Shown piece after piece: positions 51,507 to 60,575 of a stretch of 64,000 bases of DNA. Each line of letters begins with the position of its first letter. Positions within the stretch are counted from its first letter, which is position 1. A program made the position numbers and the translations under genes. The stretch is from the NCBI GenBank assembly GCA_963716365.1, contig OY970307.1, positions 2,969,682-3,033,681 of the forward strand, given 5' to 3'. Source of the DNA: Candidatus Dormiibacterota bacterium (GTDB lineage: Bacteria > Chloroflexota > Dormibacteria > Aeolococcales > Aeolococcaceae). The notes beneath the pieces are model-generated. The model did not search any database. It was not told the origin of the DNA and saw nothing but the letters and a program-made list of their open reading frames with translations.

Positions 51507-53056
51507 CCGTGCGACGTTCGTGACGGCAGCACGAATCCCAGCAGCGCCAGACGCTCCTCACCGGTCATCGCGAAACGGACCACACCACCGATGTACACCA
51601 GCCCGGCTGGGACGCAGCAGAGCGCGACGGGGACCAGCCCGACCGGATTGACCAGGATCGCGGTCAGCAGGATCACGCCGGCGAACAGGAGCGCCCACGG
51701 AATGATCGGCAAGATGGCACCTCGGAGAAACGCGCTGATCGGCATCGCGAGCTCACGTGTGACCAGGCGTATGTAGAGCGGTGCGGTGATGCCGTATCCG
51801 ATCAGCGTGCCGATCACGACGCCCGTGACCCCCAGTGGTTTCGCGAGCGCGATCGAGACGGCGAGATTCACAACGACCGCGAGCGAGACATATGCGGTGA
51901 CCGTTCGCATCCGTCCGATGCCGATCAGGATCGTCAAGGCGATATTGGCCGAACATGACAGTAACTGATAGGTGAGGAACAGCTGCGCCGGCCCGGCATA
52001 CGAGGAATAGCGAGCGCCCACCCATGCGACGATGAACGGCCGCGCGAGCACCAGGGCGGCGATCGTGACCGGCAGTGACAGCATGAGCGTGTATCGCGTC
52101 CCACGGATCAGGAGCTCGCGAAGGCGTGTGCGCGAGTCCAGGGCAAGGAGGTTGGCAGCTGCCGGGACGATTGCCGCTGCTGTCAGTGAGAGCGGATATG
52201 ACACCGCGGACTCGAGACGCGCGATGACGCTGTACCCGGCGAGGACATTGATCCCCACCAGCACTGACAGGATCAGCGTGTCCATCTGTGCCCAGATGAC
52301 ACCGAGGATTCGGGTGATGAATACCCACGCGCTAAAACCTGCCAGCGGGCGCAGAGCAGCGCGATTGATCAGGCGCACCGAGATGCGCAGCTCGGGGCAG
52401 AGGATCCGAGCCGCCACGGCGTACCCGACAGCCGCGAAGATCGTTCCAGAGATCATCGCCACGCCGAAGGCAACGACACCCTGACCGGTGAGCAGCACGA
52501 TCAGGGCCACGACGGTGTAGAGGATCTGGCGCGAGAGGTCGACCATCTTCACCCAGCCGTAGCGCTGGAGACCCTGCAGGACGCCGACGAACGCCAGCGC
52601 CGGCAGGCCGAACAGCGCTTCGGTGGCGAACAGGATGAAGAGGAGATGCAGATCGTTCTGCAACGCGGCGCCGTGGACGTTCGTGAAGATGTGGCCCGCG
52701 ACCACGGACAGTGTCAGGAGAATGGCGACGGCGACAACGGCCGCGCCGGACAGCACGGCCAGCGCAGAGCTGACCACTTCGCCGATGCGGTCGCGCTGAC
52801 CGCGGCCATCGGCGTCAGCGACGAATCGGGTCACCCCGGACTGCAGGCCGAGATCCGAGATGCTCAGAAAACCGGCGGAGAGCGAGAACGCCAGCGCGAG
52901 CGTGAGCACCCCATACGGTCCCATCCCGAGGTGTCGAACCGCCTCGCCGATGACGAAGAAGTTGGCGAGCAGCGAGAGCACACCGACGACGCCGGTGATG
53001 AGGGTGTTGCGAAAGACACGCCGGCCGTGAGCGACCGGTACGGCCGGTGCGGTCAT
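51503..53056 (-). CDS. Wzx-type oligosaccharide flippase
   Basis: RNT, LGMGPYG, DLGL, QGLQRY, QMDTLILS, many TMs, GVTGVVIGT. Confidence 0.9.
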   Translation of the reverse strand: MTAPAVPVAHGRRVFRNTLITGVVGVLSLLANFFVIGEAVRHLGMGPYGVLTLALAFSLSAGFLSISDLGLQSGVTRFVADADGRGQRDRIGEVVSSALAVLSGAAVVAVAILLTLSVVAGHIFTNVHGAALQNDLHLLFILFATEALFGLPALAFVGVLQGLQRYGWVKMVDLSRQILYTVVALIVLLTGQGVVAFGVAMISGTIFAAVGYAVAARILCPELRISVRLINRAALRPLAGFSAWVFITRILGVIWAQMDTLILSVLVGINVLAGYSVIARLESAVSYPLSLTAAAIVPAAANLLALDSRTRLRELLIRGTRYTLMLSLPVTIAALVLARPFIVAWVGARYSSYAGPAQLFLTYQLLSCSANIALTILIGIGRMRTVTAYVSLAVVVNLAVSIALAKPLGVTGVVIGTLIGYGITAPLYIRLVTRELAMPISAFLRGAILPIIPWALLFAGVILLTAILVNPVGLVPVALCCVPAGLVYIGGVVRFAMTGEERLALLGFVLPSRTSHG

Positions 53057-53808
53057 GCGCGGTGAGCAGCCTCGCGTTGCGCGTGGTAGCGCTCGTTGCG
53101 CAGCGGCAGGCCGCTCTGATCGTGGAGTGCCGGGTCGGCGTCGAACGCCGCCACGACGGCCGCCAGACCCGGGGGCGGCGATTCGGGGAGCACGCTCAGC
53201 AGGTGCGCGATGCGGTCCAGGTCGGCGGGGACGTCGACCGTCAACCGCATCCATGAAAGATCGGGATCATGCGCGACGTGCGCGGTGACGAACTGGTCGA
53301 GGTGCTCGCGAATGCGAACGGTGACGTGCTCGCGCTCGTACGGCAGCGTCGCCTCGCGGTCAACGCGCGCCAGACACGCGGCCGTGAACGCCTCGCAATC
53401 GTAGCCCTCGGGGAACGTTGCGGGTTCCTCGTTGCTTGCGTACTCGGCGCTGTGCTCTGCACGCGCGCGCAGGACCGCGTCGACGATCTCCGGGTCGGCG
53501 AGCGGGCAGTCCGCGGTGATGCGCACGATGACGTCGGCGTCGTGCTCGCGTGCGGCGAGCACGTACCGGCTCAAGACGTCGTCTTCCGACCCGCGTGACA
53601 CCCCCGCGCCGAGGGAGGCCGCGAGCGTCGCAACCTCGTCGTCGCCGTGACCGTCGGTGGTGGCGACGACGACGCGATCGACGAGCGTTGCGCGCGAGAC
53701 GCGTTCGACGATGTGGGCGAGCATTGGACGGCCCTGCAGCGTCGCAAGCACTTTGCGCGGGAATCGCGTCGAACCGTTGCGAGCCTGAATGACCGCGACG
53801 GTCGTCAT
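53053..53808 (-). CDS. Acylneuraminate-type cytidylyltransferase (SpsF/PseF-like)
   Basis: IQARNGSTRFPRKVL, GSEDDVLSRY, RITADCP, REHVT, RLTVD. Confidence 0.9.
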   Translation of the reverse strand: MTTVAVIQARNGSTRFPRKVLATLQGRPMLAHIVERVSRATLVDRVVVATTDGHGDDEVATLAASLGAGVSRGSEDDVLSRYVLAAREHDADVIVRITADCPLADPEIVDAVLRARAEHSAEYASNEEPATFPEGYDCEAFTAACLARVDREATLPYEREHVTVRIREHLDQFVTAHVAHDPDLSWMRLTVDVPADLDRIAHLLSVLPESPPPGLAAVVAAFDADPALHDQSGLPLRNERYHAQREAAHRA

Positions 53809-54791
53809 CAGGCAGCCCGGTCCGCAGCGAGGCTGCGTATGGCCTCAGCGACTCGTGCAGCGCCGTGCCCGTCGACGAGCGCCCGGCCTCGCAGCGCCAT
53901 CTGCTCGCAGCGCGCAGGATCGTCGAGCAGCTCGAGGCATGTGCGCGCGAGACCATGTGCGTCGGTCACCACCGCGCACCCTCCCTCCGCAAGCGCTGCG
54001 GCTTGGGCGACCTGATTCGGCACCGCTGCGGTGATCGCGGCAGGGATGCCCACGCACGCTGCCTGCACTGCTGTTGTCCCAGCGGCGCCGACGTAGACGG
54101 TGGCACCGGCGAGCGCCTCGGCAAGACTAGCTGGCGCGACGAGCCGGCGCGACCGCGGCTGATCACGGTCCGCGCGTGCATCGGTATCGGGGCCGACGAC
54201 CCGGATCACCTCCACCGTGGCGTCCGCTCCAAGCAACTCCGCGGTGATTGCCGCCCCGACGCCGTCAGGGTCGGTCGCACCGGTGGAGACGAGGACGGTG
54301 CGCACAGGACGCCCGCGACTGATCACCCGCTCACGTGCATCGAGAAACGCCGCACGCATGAGGGCGAAAGCAGCGCCACCGAGAAACGCGTCCGCGCCGG
54401 CGGGCCGCATCCGCTCGCCGCCGGGGGACGGGTTGACGCCCAGATGACAGTCGGCGGGGAGGCAGAGATCGTCGACGACCGTGAGGTGTGCGAGTGACCG
54501 AAGCCGGCGCTGCAACGCCACGTCGAAGACGTATCCGTCGAGCACCACCACGCCGACCGAATCGGCTGCCGCGACCGCAGCCTCCGCGCGTTGCGATGCG
54601 TCGCCGGATATCTCGATCGCGGCATGGCCGCGGTCGGTCACGCGACGGCGCAGCGTTTCGTCGCCTTCCGGCACGACGACCGAGACCTCCAGATCCGCAC
54701 GCAGCGCGTCGGCAAGCGCGAGCATGCGCTCGAGATGACCGAGACCCACGCCACTGCCGCAGTCCGCGGTCAGGAGCGCACGCGGAGTCAT
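53808..54791 (-). CDS. pseG: UDP-sugar hydrolase, PseG/SpsG-like
   Basis: GLGHLERMLALA, LDGY, VVDD, STGATD, AAGTT, NQ, VDGHGA. Confidence 0.8.
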   Translation of the reverse strand: MTPRALLTADCGSGVGLGHLERMLALADALRADLEVSVVVPEGDETLRRRVTDRGHAAIEISGDASQRAEAAVAAADSVGVVVLDGYVFDVALQRRLRSLAHLTVVDDLCLPADCHLGVNPSPGGERMRPAGADAFLGGAAFALMRAAFLDARERVISRGRPVRTVLVSTGATDPDGVGAAITAELLGADATVEVIRVVGPDTDARADRDQPRSRRLVAPASLAEALAGATVYVGAAGTTAVQAACVGIPAAITAAVPNQVAQAAALAEGGCAVVTDAHGLARTCLELLDDPARCEQMALRGRALVDGHGAARVAEAIRSLAADRAA

Positions 54792-55990
54792 GACCTCGAC
54801 GCGCGCGCCGCCGCCCACGCTTGTATCCGGTGCAGCGCGATCACGACGTCGTCCTGGTCAGACGCGGTCATGCTCGGATACAAGGGCAGTGTGACGAGCC
54901 GCTCGCACAGCCGCTCGGCCTGTGGTGCTGTTCCGGGGACGCCGCCACGTTCGCGATACAGCGCGAGCAAATGCACGGCGGGGTAGTGGAGCGTCGCCTC
55001 GATGCCCTCCGCGCGCAGCGCGTCGATCACCGTGTCCCGCTCGCACCCGAACGACTCCGGGTCGATCTCCACCGCGTACAGATGCCATGCGCTCCGGCGC
55101 CCGGACGGCCGTGGTGGCAGTCCGACACCGGGGATGTCGCTGAGCATCGCGTCGTACCGGTCGGCGATCTCGCTGCGTTCGGCGACGACCTCGTCGAGCC
55201 GGCGCAGCTGCGACGACCCGAGCGCAGCCTGGAACGACGTCATGCGGTGGTTGTCGCCGAGCATTGTCACGTCGTACTTCCAGACTGCTCCGGTGCGCTC
55301 CGCCGCGGTGCTCGTCATCCCATGGTTGCGCAGGCTGCGAAGACGCGCGGCGATCGCGTCGTCATCGGTGAGGCATGCGCCACCTTCACCTGTGGTCATC
55401 TGCTTGACCGGATGAAAGCTCAGCGTGGTGATGTCGGCGATGGAGCCTGCGGGTCGCCCGCCGAGTGATGCGCCGAGCGAGTGCGCCCCGTCGACGATGA
55501 TCGGCAGCGGACGCGGCAGCGCGGCTCGCAATGCCGGCACGTCGGCGGGGAGTCCCGAGTAGTCGACGGTGATCACGGCGCGCGTTCGTGGCGTCACCGC
55601 GCGCGCGACGGCTTCGGGGTCGAGGCAACGATCGTCACCGATGTCGGCGAACACGGGCGTCGCACCCATGCGCAGCACCGCGTTCGCCGTGGCGACAAAG
55701 GTCAGCGGCGTGGTGATCACCTCGTCACCCGGCTGGATCCCGAGTGCGAGGACGCTGATGTCGAGTGCGACGCTGCCGTTGGCCACCGCCACCGCGTTCG
55801 CGACCTTGCACCGCGCGGCGAGCGCCTGCTCGAAATCCGCGATCGCCGCGCCGCCAGTGAGCGTTCCGGAGCGCAGTGCGTCGACGACCGCTGTGACGTC
55901 ACCTTCGTCGAGCTGGTGGCGACCGTAGGGGAGGGGCCGCTCGCGTATCGGCGTGCCGCCGGCGATAGCCGGCGGGCTTGTGACGCTCAT
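54788..55990 (-). CDS. pseC: DegT/DnrJ aminotransferase, PseC-like
   Basis: LPYGRH, TFVATAN, DGAHSLG, SFHPVKQMTTGEGG, LRNHG, AWHLY; follows pseB. Confidence 0.85.
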   Translation of the reverse strand: MSVTSPPAIAGGTPIRERPLPYGRHQLDEGDVTAVVDALRSGTLTGGAAIADFEQALAARCKVANAVAVANGSVALDISVLALGIQPGDEVITTPLTFVATANAVLRMGATPVFADIGDDRCLDPEAVARAVTPRTRAVITVDYSGLPADVPALRAALPRPLPIIVDGAHSLGASLGGRPAGSIADITTLSFHPVKQMTTGEGGACLTDDDAIAARLRSLRNHGMTSTAAERTGAVWKYDVTMLGDNHRMTSFQAALGSSQLRRLDEVVAERSEIADRYDAMLSDIPGVGLPPRPSGRRSAWHLYAVEIDPESFGCERDTVIDALRAEGIEATLHYPAVHLLALYRERGGVPGTAPQAERLCERLVTLPLYPSMTASDQDDVVIALHRIQAWAAARASRS

Positions 55991-56997
55991 CCCGCCGGCG
56001 TTGGAAGCGCCGTCGTGGTATGCGGCACGGTTGCGAGGAGCTCGCGCAACTCCGCGATGTCGAGCCATTGCGTGTTGCTGTCGCTGGTATAGACGAAGTT
56101 CTCCGCGACGGGCGTGCCGTCTGCGGGGTCGTGCCGAGTCCAGAAGGCGTGTTCCGGCTCGACGATGTAGCACCAGCCGTGGTCACTCGTGTGCCGCGAC
56201 TCCTCCGGCGTGATCAGCGATTCGTGCAGCTTCTCGCCGGGCCGGATGCCCGTGTAGCTGATCGGCACGCCGGGCGCGATCGCCTCAGCGAGATCGAGCA
56301 CGCGTGTGCTCGGAATCTTGGGCACGAACACCTCGCCGCCTGACATCGCGACGACGCAGTCTGCGACGAACTGGACTGCCTGGTCGAGCGTGATCCAGAA
56401 GCGGGTCATCCGCTCATCGGTGACGGTGAGCTCGCCGGAGGTCAGCTGGTCGCGGAAGAGCGGTACGACGCTGCCACGAGACCCGACGACGTTGCCGTAG
56501 CGGACACAGGAGAGGCGCGTGTCGTGCGTCCCTGTGTAGACATTTGCCTGCACGAAGAGCTTCTCGGCGCAGAGCTTGGTGGCACCGTAGAGATTCACCG
56601 GGCTGACCGCCTTGTCGGTGCTCAGCGCGACGGCGCGCGGGACGCGAGCGTCGATACAGGCCTGGGCGACGTTCTGGGTACCGAGGATGTTGGTCTTGAT
56701 CGCCTCGAAGGGGTTGTACTCGCAGACCGGGACGTGCTTGAGCGCGGCAGCATGGATGACGACGTCGACGCCCTCGATGGCGCGGCGCAACCGGTCGCCG
56801 TCGCGGACGTCACCGATGAAGAACCGAAGGCGCGGGTCGTCGAACTTCCGCTCCATGTCGGTCTGCTTGAGCTCGTCTCGGCTGAAGATGCGGATGGCGG
56901 CCGGGTTCCACTTCGCGAGCGCGGTGCGCGTGAAGTGCTGGCCGAAGGAGCCGGTACCTCCGGTGACAAGAATGGTCCGCCCCTCGAAATCGTTCAC
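55987..56997 (-). CDS. pseB: UDP-N-acetylglucosamine 4,6-dehydratase (inverting)
   Basis: GGTGSFG, SRDELKQ, HAAALKHVP.CEYNP, STDKA, YGATK, RYGNVVGSRGSV, MTRFWITL, RPGEKLHE. Confidence 0.93.
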   Translation of the reverse strand: MNDFEGRTILVTGGTGSFGQHFTRTALAKWNPAAIRIFSRDELKQTDMERKFDDPRLRFFIGDVRDGDRLRRAIEGVDVVIHAAALKHVPVCEYNPFEAIKTNILGTQNVAQACIDARVPRAVALSTDKAVSPVNLYGATKLCAEKLFVQANVYTGTHDTRLSCVRYGNVVGSRGSVVPLFRDQLTSGELTVTDERMTRFWITLDQAVQFVADCVVAMSGGEVFVPKIPSTRVLDLAEAIAPGVPISYTGIRPGEKLHESLITPEESRHTSDHGWCYIVEPEHAFWTRHDPADGTPVAENFVYTSDSNTQWLDIAELRELLATVPHTTTALPTPAG

Positions 56998-57092
56998 GAC
57001 TGATCCTTTGTGAATATGCGCACGGCTCGCGGGTAGCCTACGGGACGTCAGCCCTGGGCGGCACGCCTCGGCCGAATCTCGACGACCGACAA

Positions 57093-57138
57093 TACACACT
57101 TGAAGTGCGCATAGGGAGTATGTAGCATATGGTGTGTA
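57093..57138 (+). promoter_or_regulatory. Sigma70-type promoter of the EXLDI gene, flanked by an inverted repeat
   Basis: TTGAAG (57100-57105), 17 nt, TAGCAT (57123-57128); TACACAC (57093-57099) and GTGTGTA (57132-57138) flank it; AGGAGG before ATG 57169. Confidence 0.6.
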
Positions 57139-57168
57139 CTGAAGTGGAGCCTGCCAGGAGGGCCGTCG

Positions 57169-57660
57169 ATGGGTCGCCGGAACATCTACATCCGGGACGA
57201 GGACGAGGGGGTCTGGGAGACGGCTGTCGCGCTCGCCGGTAAAGAGCAGTCGATGTCGCAGATCATCGTTCGCGGTCTCAAGGCCTACATCAGCACTCGC
57301 GAAGGTGAGGCCCTGGAGATGCTCCTCGTCGAGGTCGAGGACGAGCACGGCCAGAAGAGCGCCAAGAAGTTCTCCGGGCGCTGGCTGATCTCGAACTTCT
57401 CATCCACCGGCGGTGATGTGTGGGTGAGCCACGCCGGCGCCGCTCGCACGGTCAACCACGACTGCGACGAGACCCCCTGGTGGGTGGCCGAGACCGCGAG
57501 AGGTCAGATCGCCGTCTGGGCCAATCCGCCTTCAGGAGCGGGCGGTTTCTACGTCTATCGCGATCTCGATGAGGCCGAGGAGAACGGCATCCCGGGCGAC
57601 GTCGTCTCGGCCGCATCGCGGGCGCTCGGCATCCAACGCGCTGAATTGCTCGACATCTAG
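57169..57660 (+). CDS. EXLDI family protein (N-terminal ribbon-helix-helix-like)
   Basis: RNIYIRDED..W..A..LAG...MSQII...LKAY N-terminus, KFSGRWL, C-terminal ELLDI. Confidence 0.75.
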   Translation: MGRRNIYIRDEDEGVWETAVALAGKEQSMSQIIVRGLKAYISTREGEALEMLLVEVEDEHGQKSAKKFSGRWLISNFSSTGGDVWVSHAGAARTVNHDCDETPWWVAETARGQIAVWANPPSGAGGFYVYRDLDEAEENGIPGDVVSAASRALGIQRAELLDI

Positions 57661-57734
57661 CAGCCACGCGGGTTGCGTTGCCATGGTGACAAGGCATCGG
57701 GCACGGTCCGCGCCGTCCGAGGCACGATAGACGC

Positions 57735-59255
57735 GTGTCTGACCGGGCATCTTTCGTTCCTCTGCAGGGCAGCGACCGTTCTGCCCCTCTGCATCCGGAA
57801 GCCGGCGCCTGCGACTCCACTGCCACCGCGACGATCACCGTGTACGTGCGCAGCTCCGGGGTTGATCCCGCACCGGGCTACCTGAGCCGCGAGGAGTACG
57901 CAGCGGCCCACGGGGCGGCGGCAAGCGACATCGACACCGTGCGCGAGTTCGCATCGCAATGGGGTCTCACGGTCGGCAACGTCGACACAGGGAGACGGAG
58001 CGTCGAGCTCGCAGGGACACTCGACGCGCTCGCCGCGGCATTCGGCACAACGCTCTCGCTCTTTCGTGACGTCGACGGCGTCGAGTATCGAGGCAGGAGC
58101 GGTCAACTCTTCGTGCCGTCCGAGCTCGATGGCGTCGTCACCGGAGTCTTCGGGCTCGACGAGCGACCGCAGGCACGGCCTCACTTTCGGCCGCGGGCCA
58201 ACGCGACATCGCAGTACACGCCGCCGCAGGTCGCCGCCGCGTACGCCTTCCCCGCAAGGCTCACCGGGAAGGGTGAGTGCATCGCGTTGATCGAGCTCGG
58301 CGGTGGTTTTCGCACCACGGATCTGTCTGCGTATTTCGCGATGCTCGGCATCGCACAACCGTCCGTCATCGCGGTGCCTGTGGACGGCGGCAGCAACGCT
58401 CCCGGCACTCCCGACGGACCGGACGGCGAGGTGATGCTCGACATCGAAGTTGCAGGCAGCGTCGCGCCCGACGCGACGATTGCCGTGTACTTCGCACCCA
58501 ACACCGACCGCGGCTTCATCGATGCAGTCACGACAGCAGTCCACGACACGAACCACCGGCCGTCGGTTGTTTCCATCAGTTGGGGAAGCGCCGAGGACAC
58601 GTGGACCGCGCAGGCGATGAGCCAGATGGAGCAAGCGTTTGTCGCAGCTGCGGCGATGGGCGTGACCGTGACCGTTGCAGCCGGTGACAACGGTTCGTCC
58701 GACGGTGCGAGCGATGGTCTGCAGCACGCCGACTTTCCCGCGTCCGCACCACACGCACTCGGATGCGGCGGCACGCGTCTGAAAATCGTGGACGCGGCCA
58801 TAGCCGCTGAGACGGTGTGGAACGATGGACCGGGCGATGGCGCCGGCGGTGGTGGTATCAGCGACGTCTTTCCGGTGCCCGACTACCAGCAGCACGCGTC
58901 GATCCCACCGTCAGTCAACCCCGGTGGCCGCATCGGTCGCGGCGTTCCCGATGTCTGCGGCGACGCTGATCCCGACACGGGTTACACGGTGCGTGTCGAT
59001 GGCGAGACCATCCCGATCGGTGGCACGAGTGCGGTGGCACCCCTCTGGGCGGGGCTCATCGCAGTGCTGAACCAGGCCCTCGGCAAGCCCGTCGGCTTCC
59101 TGCACCCGTTCCTGTACTCGGCGGCCGGGAAAGGACTCCACGACATCGTGTCGGGATCGAACGGCGCGTATTCCGCCGGCCCCGGCTGGGACGCATGCAC
59201 CGGGCTTGGATCCCCGGACGGGACAGTGTTGCTCGAGGGCCTGCATGCGGAGTAG
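57735..59255 (+). CDS. S53 (kumamolisin/sedolisin) peptidase with pro-domain
   Basis: IELGGG, GEVMLDIE, SISWG, AAGDNG, RGVPDV, GGTSAVAP, GWDACTGLGSP. Confidence 0.95.
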   Translation: MSDRASFVPLQGSDRSAPLHPEAGACDSTATATITVYVRSSGVDPAPGYLSREEYAAAHGAAASDIDTVREFASQWGLTVGNVDTGRRSVELAGTLDALAAAFGTTLSLFRDVDGVEYRGRSGQLFVPSELDGVVTGVFGLDERPQARPHFRPRANATSQYTPPQVAAAYAFPARLTGKGECIALIELGGGFRTTDLSAYFAMLGIAQPSVIAVPVDGGSNAPGTPDGPDGEVMLDIEVAGSVAPDATIAVYFAPNTDRGFIDAVTTAVHDTNHRPSVVSISWGSAEDTWTAQAMSQMEQAFVAAAAMGVTVTVAAGDNGSSDGASDGLQHADFPASAPHALGCGGTRLKIVDAAIAAETVWNDGPGDGAGGGGISDVFPVPDYQQHASIPPSVNPGGRIGRGVPDVCGDADPDTGYTVRVDGETIPIGGTSAVAPLWAGLIAVLNQALGKPVGFLHPFLYSAAGKGLHDIVSGSNGAYSAGPGWDACTGLGSPDGTVLLEGLHAE

Positions 59256-59895
59256 GCGGGCCGGCTCGTCGAAGCAGCGCCGGGGGCTGCTGCGCTGTGG
59301 CGCCGTCGCGGGGCCGCTGTTCATCACGACGTTCCTCGTGGAGGGTTCGAGGCGCGCCGACTACAACCCGCTCCGCCACCCCGTCAGCACGCTCTCGCTC
59401 GGTCCACGCGGCGCGGTGCAGATCGCGAACTTTGCGGCTGCCGGGATGCTGTATCTGGCCGGTGCAGGTGGACTGTCACGAGTGCCGCGCGATCGCGGTG
59501 GCGGCCGGCTCGGCGCTGCCATCCTCGGCGCGACCGGTGTCGGCCTGATCGGCTCGGCGCTGTTCAACACCGCCCCCGTCAGCGGCTACCCGCCAGGGCC
59601 ATCCGACGAAAGCGCCACCGCGATGACGATGCACAGCCTCTCCGCAGTGCCGATCTTCTTCGGCGTCCCGGCGGGATCGTTTGTCTATGCGTGGCGGTTT
59701 GCCCGGAGCGGCGAGCCGGTATGGGCGTTGTATTCCGCCGCGTCCGGCGTGTCCATGCTCGCGTCGATGGGCATGGCCGGAGCAGGTTTCAGCCAGTCAC
59801 CGAGGTTTGTCAGGCTCGCGGGGCTGTCGCAACGAGTGGCCATCGTCGCGGGGCTCGGCTGGCTCACGGCGATCTGCCTGCGAGCGCTCAGGTAA
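59245..59895 (+). CDS. DUF998-like membrane protein
   Basis: GPLF, DYNPLRHPVSTLSLGPRG..QIANF, GYPPG, H, GLSQR. Confidence 0.8.
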   Translation: MRSRRAGSSKQRRGLLRCGAVAGPLFITTFLVEGSRRADYNPLRHPVSTLSLGPRGAVQIANFAAAGMLYLAGAGGLSRVPRDRGGGRLGAAILGATGVGLIGSALFNTAPVSGYPPGPSDESATAMTMHSLSAVPIFFGVPAGSFVYAWRFARSGEPVWALYSAASGVSMLASMGMAGAGFSQSPRFVRLAGLSQRVAIVAGLGWLTAICLRALR

Positions 59896-59907
59896 CCAAC
59901 GTTCGAT

Positions 59908-59983
59908 TGGTGGAGCGGAGGGGATTCGAACCCCTGACCTCTGCCGTGCGAGGGCAGCGCTCTCCCAGCTGAGCTACCGCCCC
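59908..59983 (-). tRNA. tRNA-Ala (anticodon CGC), CCA encoded
   Basis: GGGGCGGTAGCTCAGCTGGGAGAGCGCTGCCCT-CGC-ACGGCAGAGGTCAGGGGTTCGAATCCCCTCCGCTCCACCA; 76 nt, G3:U70 pair. Confidence 0.96.
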
Positions 59984-60051
59984 GAGACGCCGGTCACACC
60001 GAGGCGTTTCGCAGTATAGAGCCGGTCCCCGAGCCGCCTAGCCGGAAAGGC

Positions 60052-60441
60052 TCAGGGCGAGACGGTGCGGCTGGCGAAGAACGTCTTCACCGCCTCGGCC
60101 AGGGCAGGGAGATTGAAGGGCTTGGGGAGCATGCCGTCAGCGCCGGCGAGACGGGCCTGCTCGGCCTCTTCCGAGAGGGCGCTGAACATGAGGACGGGCG
60201 TCTGCGCGGTGGCGGCGTTCGCACGGATCCTGCGGCAGGCTTCGATGCCGTCGATGCCCGGCATCATGATGTCCAGGATGATGAGATCGGGCACGTCGGT
60301 CGTGGCCATGCGAACGGCCGCCTCACCATCGGACACGGTCGACATCTCGTAGCCCTCGAGGGCGAGGTAACGGGAGACGACGGAGAGCACGCGAGGGTCG
60401 TCGTCGGCAAGCAAGACGCGCGGCCGGGACATTGGCTCCAT
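60052..60441 (-). CDS. Stand-alone response regulator receiver protein
   Basis: VLLADDD, DLIILDIMMP..DG, SA, KPF. Confidence 0.9.
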   Translation of the reverse strand: MEPMSRPRVLLADDDPRVLSVVSRYLALEGYEMSTVSDGEAAVRMATTDVPDLIILDIMMPGIDGIEACRRIRANAATAQTPVLMFSALSEEAEQARLAGADGMLPKPFNLPALAEAVKTFFASRTVSP

Positions 60442-60575
60442 GGTAAGGAGGCGCCCAAGAAACGGGAACCTCGCGTCCATTCCTTTACAGGGGAGTCGAC
60501 ACCTCGAAGCACGCCGAGGGTCGGAGCTCGTTGCGGCGGTCATCCCCTGCTCGGTGGCTATACTCGCCCGCAGGC

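Noticed and set aside
59908-59983. tRNA-Ala as the integration site of the glycan island
   Set aside because: No integrase seen and no duplicated tRNA 3' end found by eye in the window.
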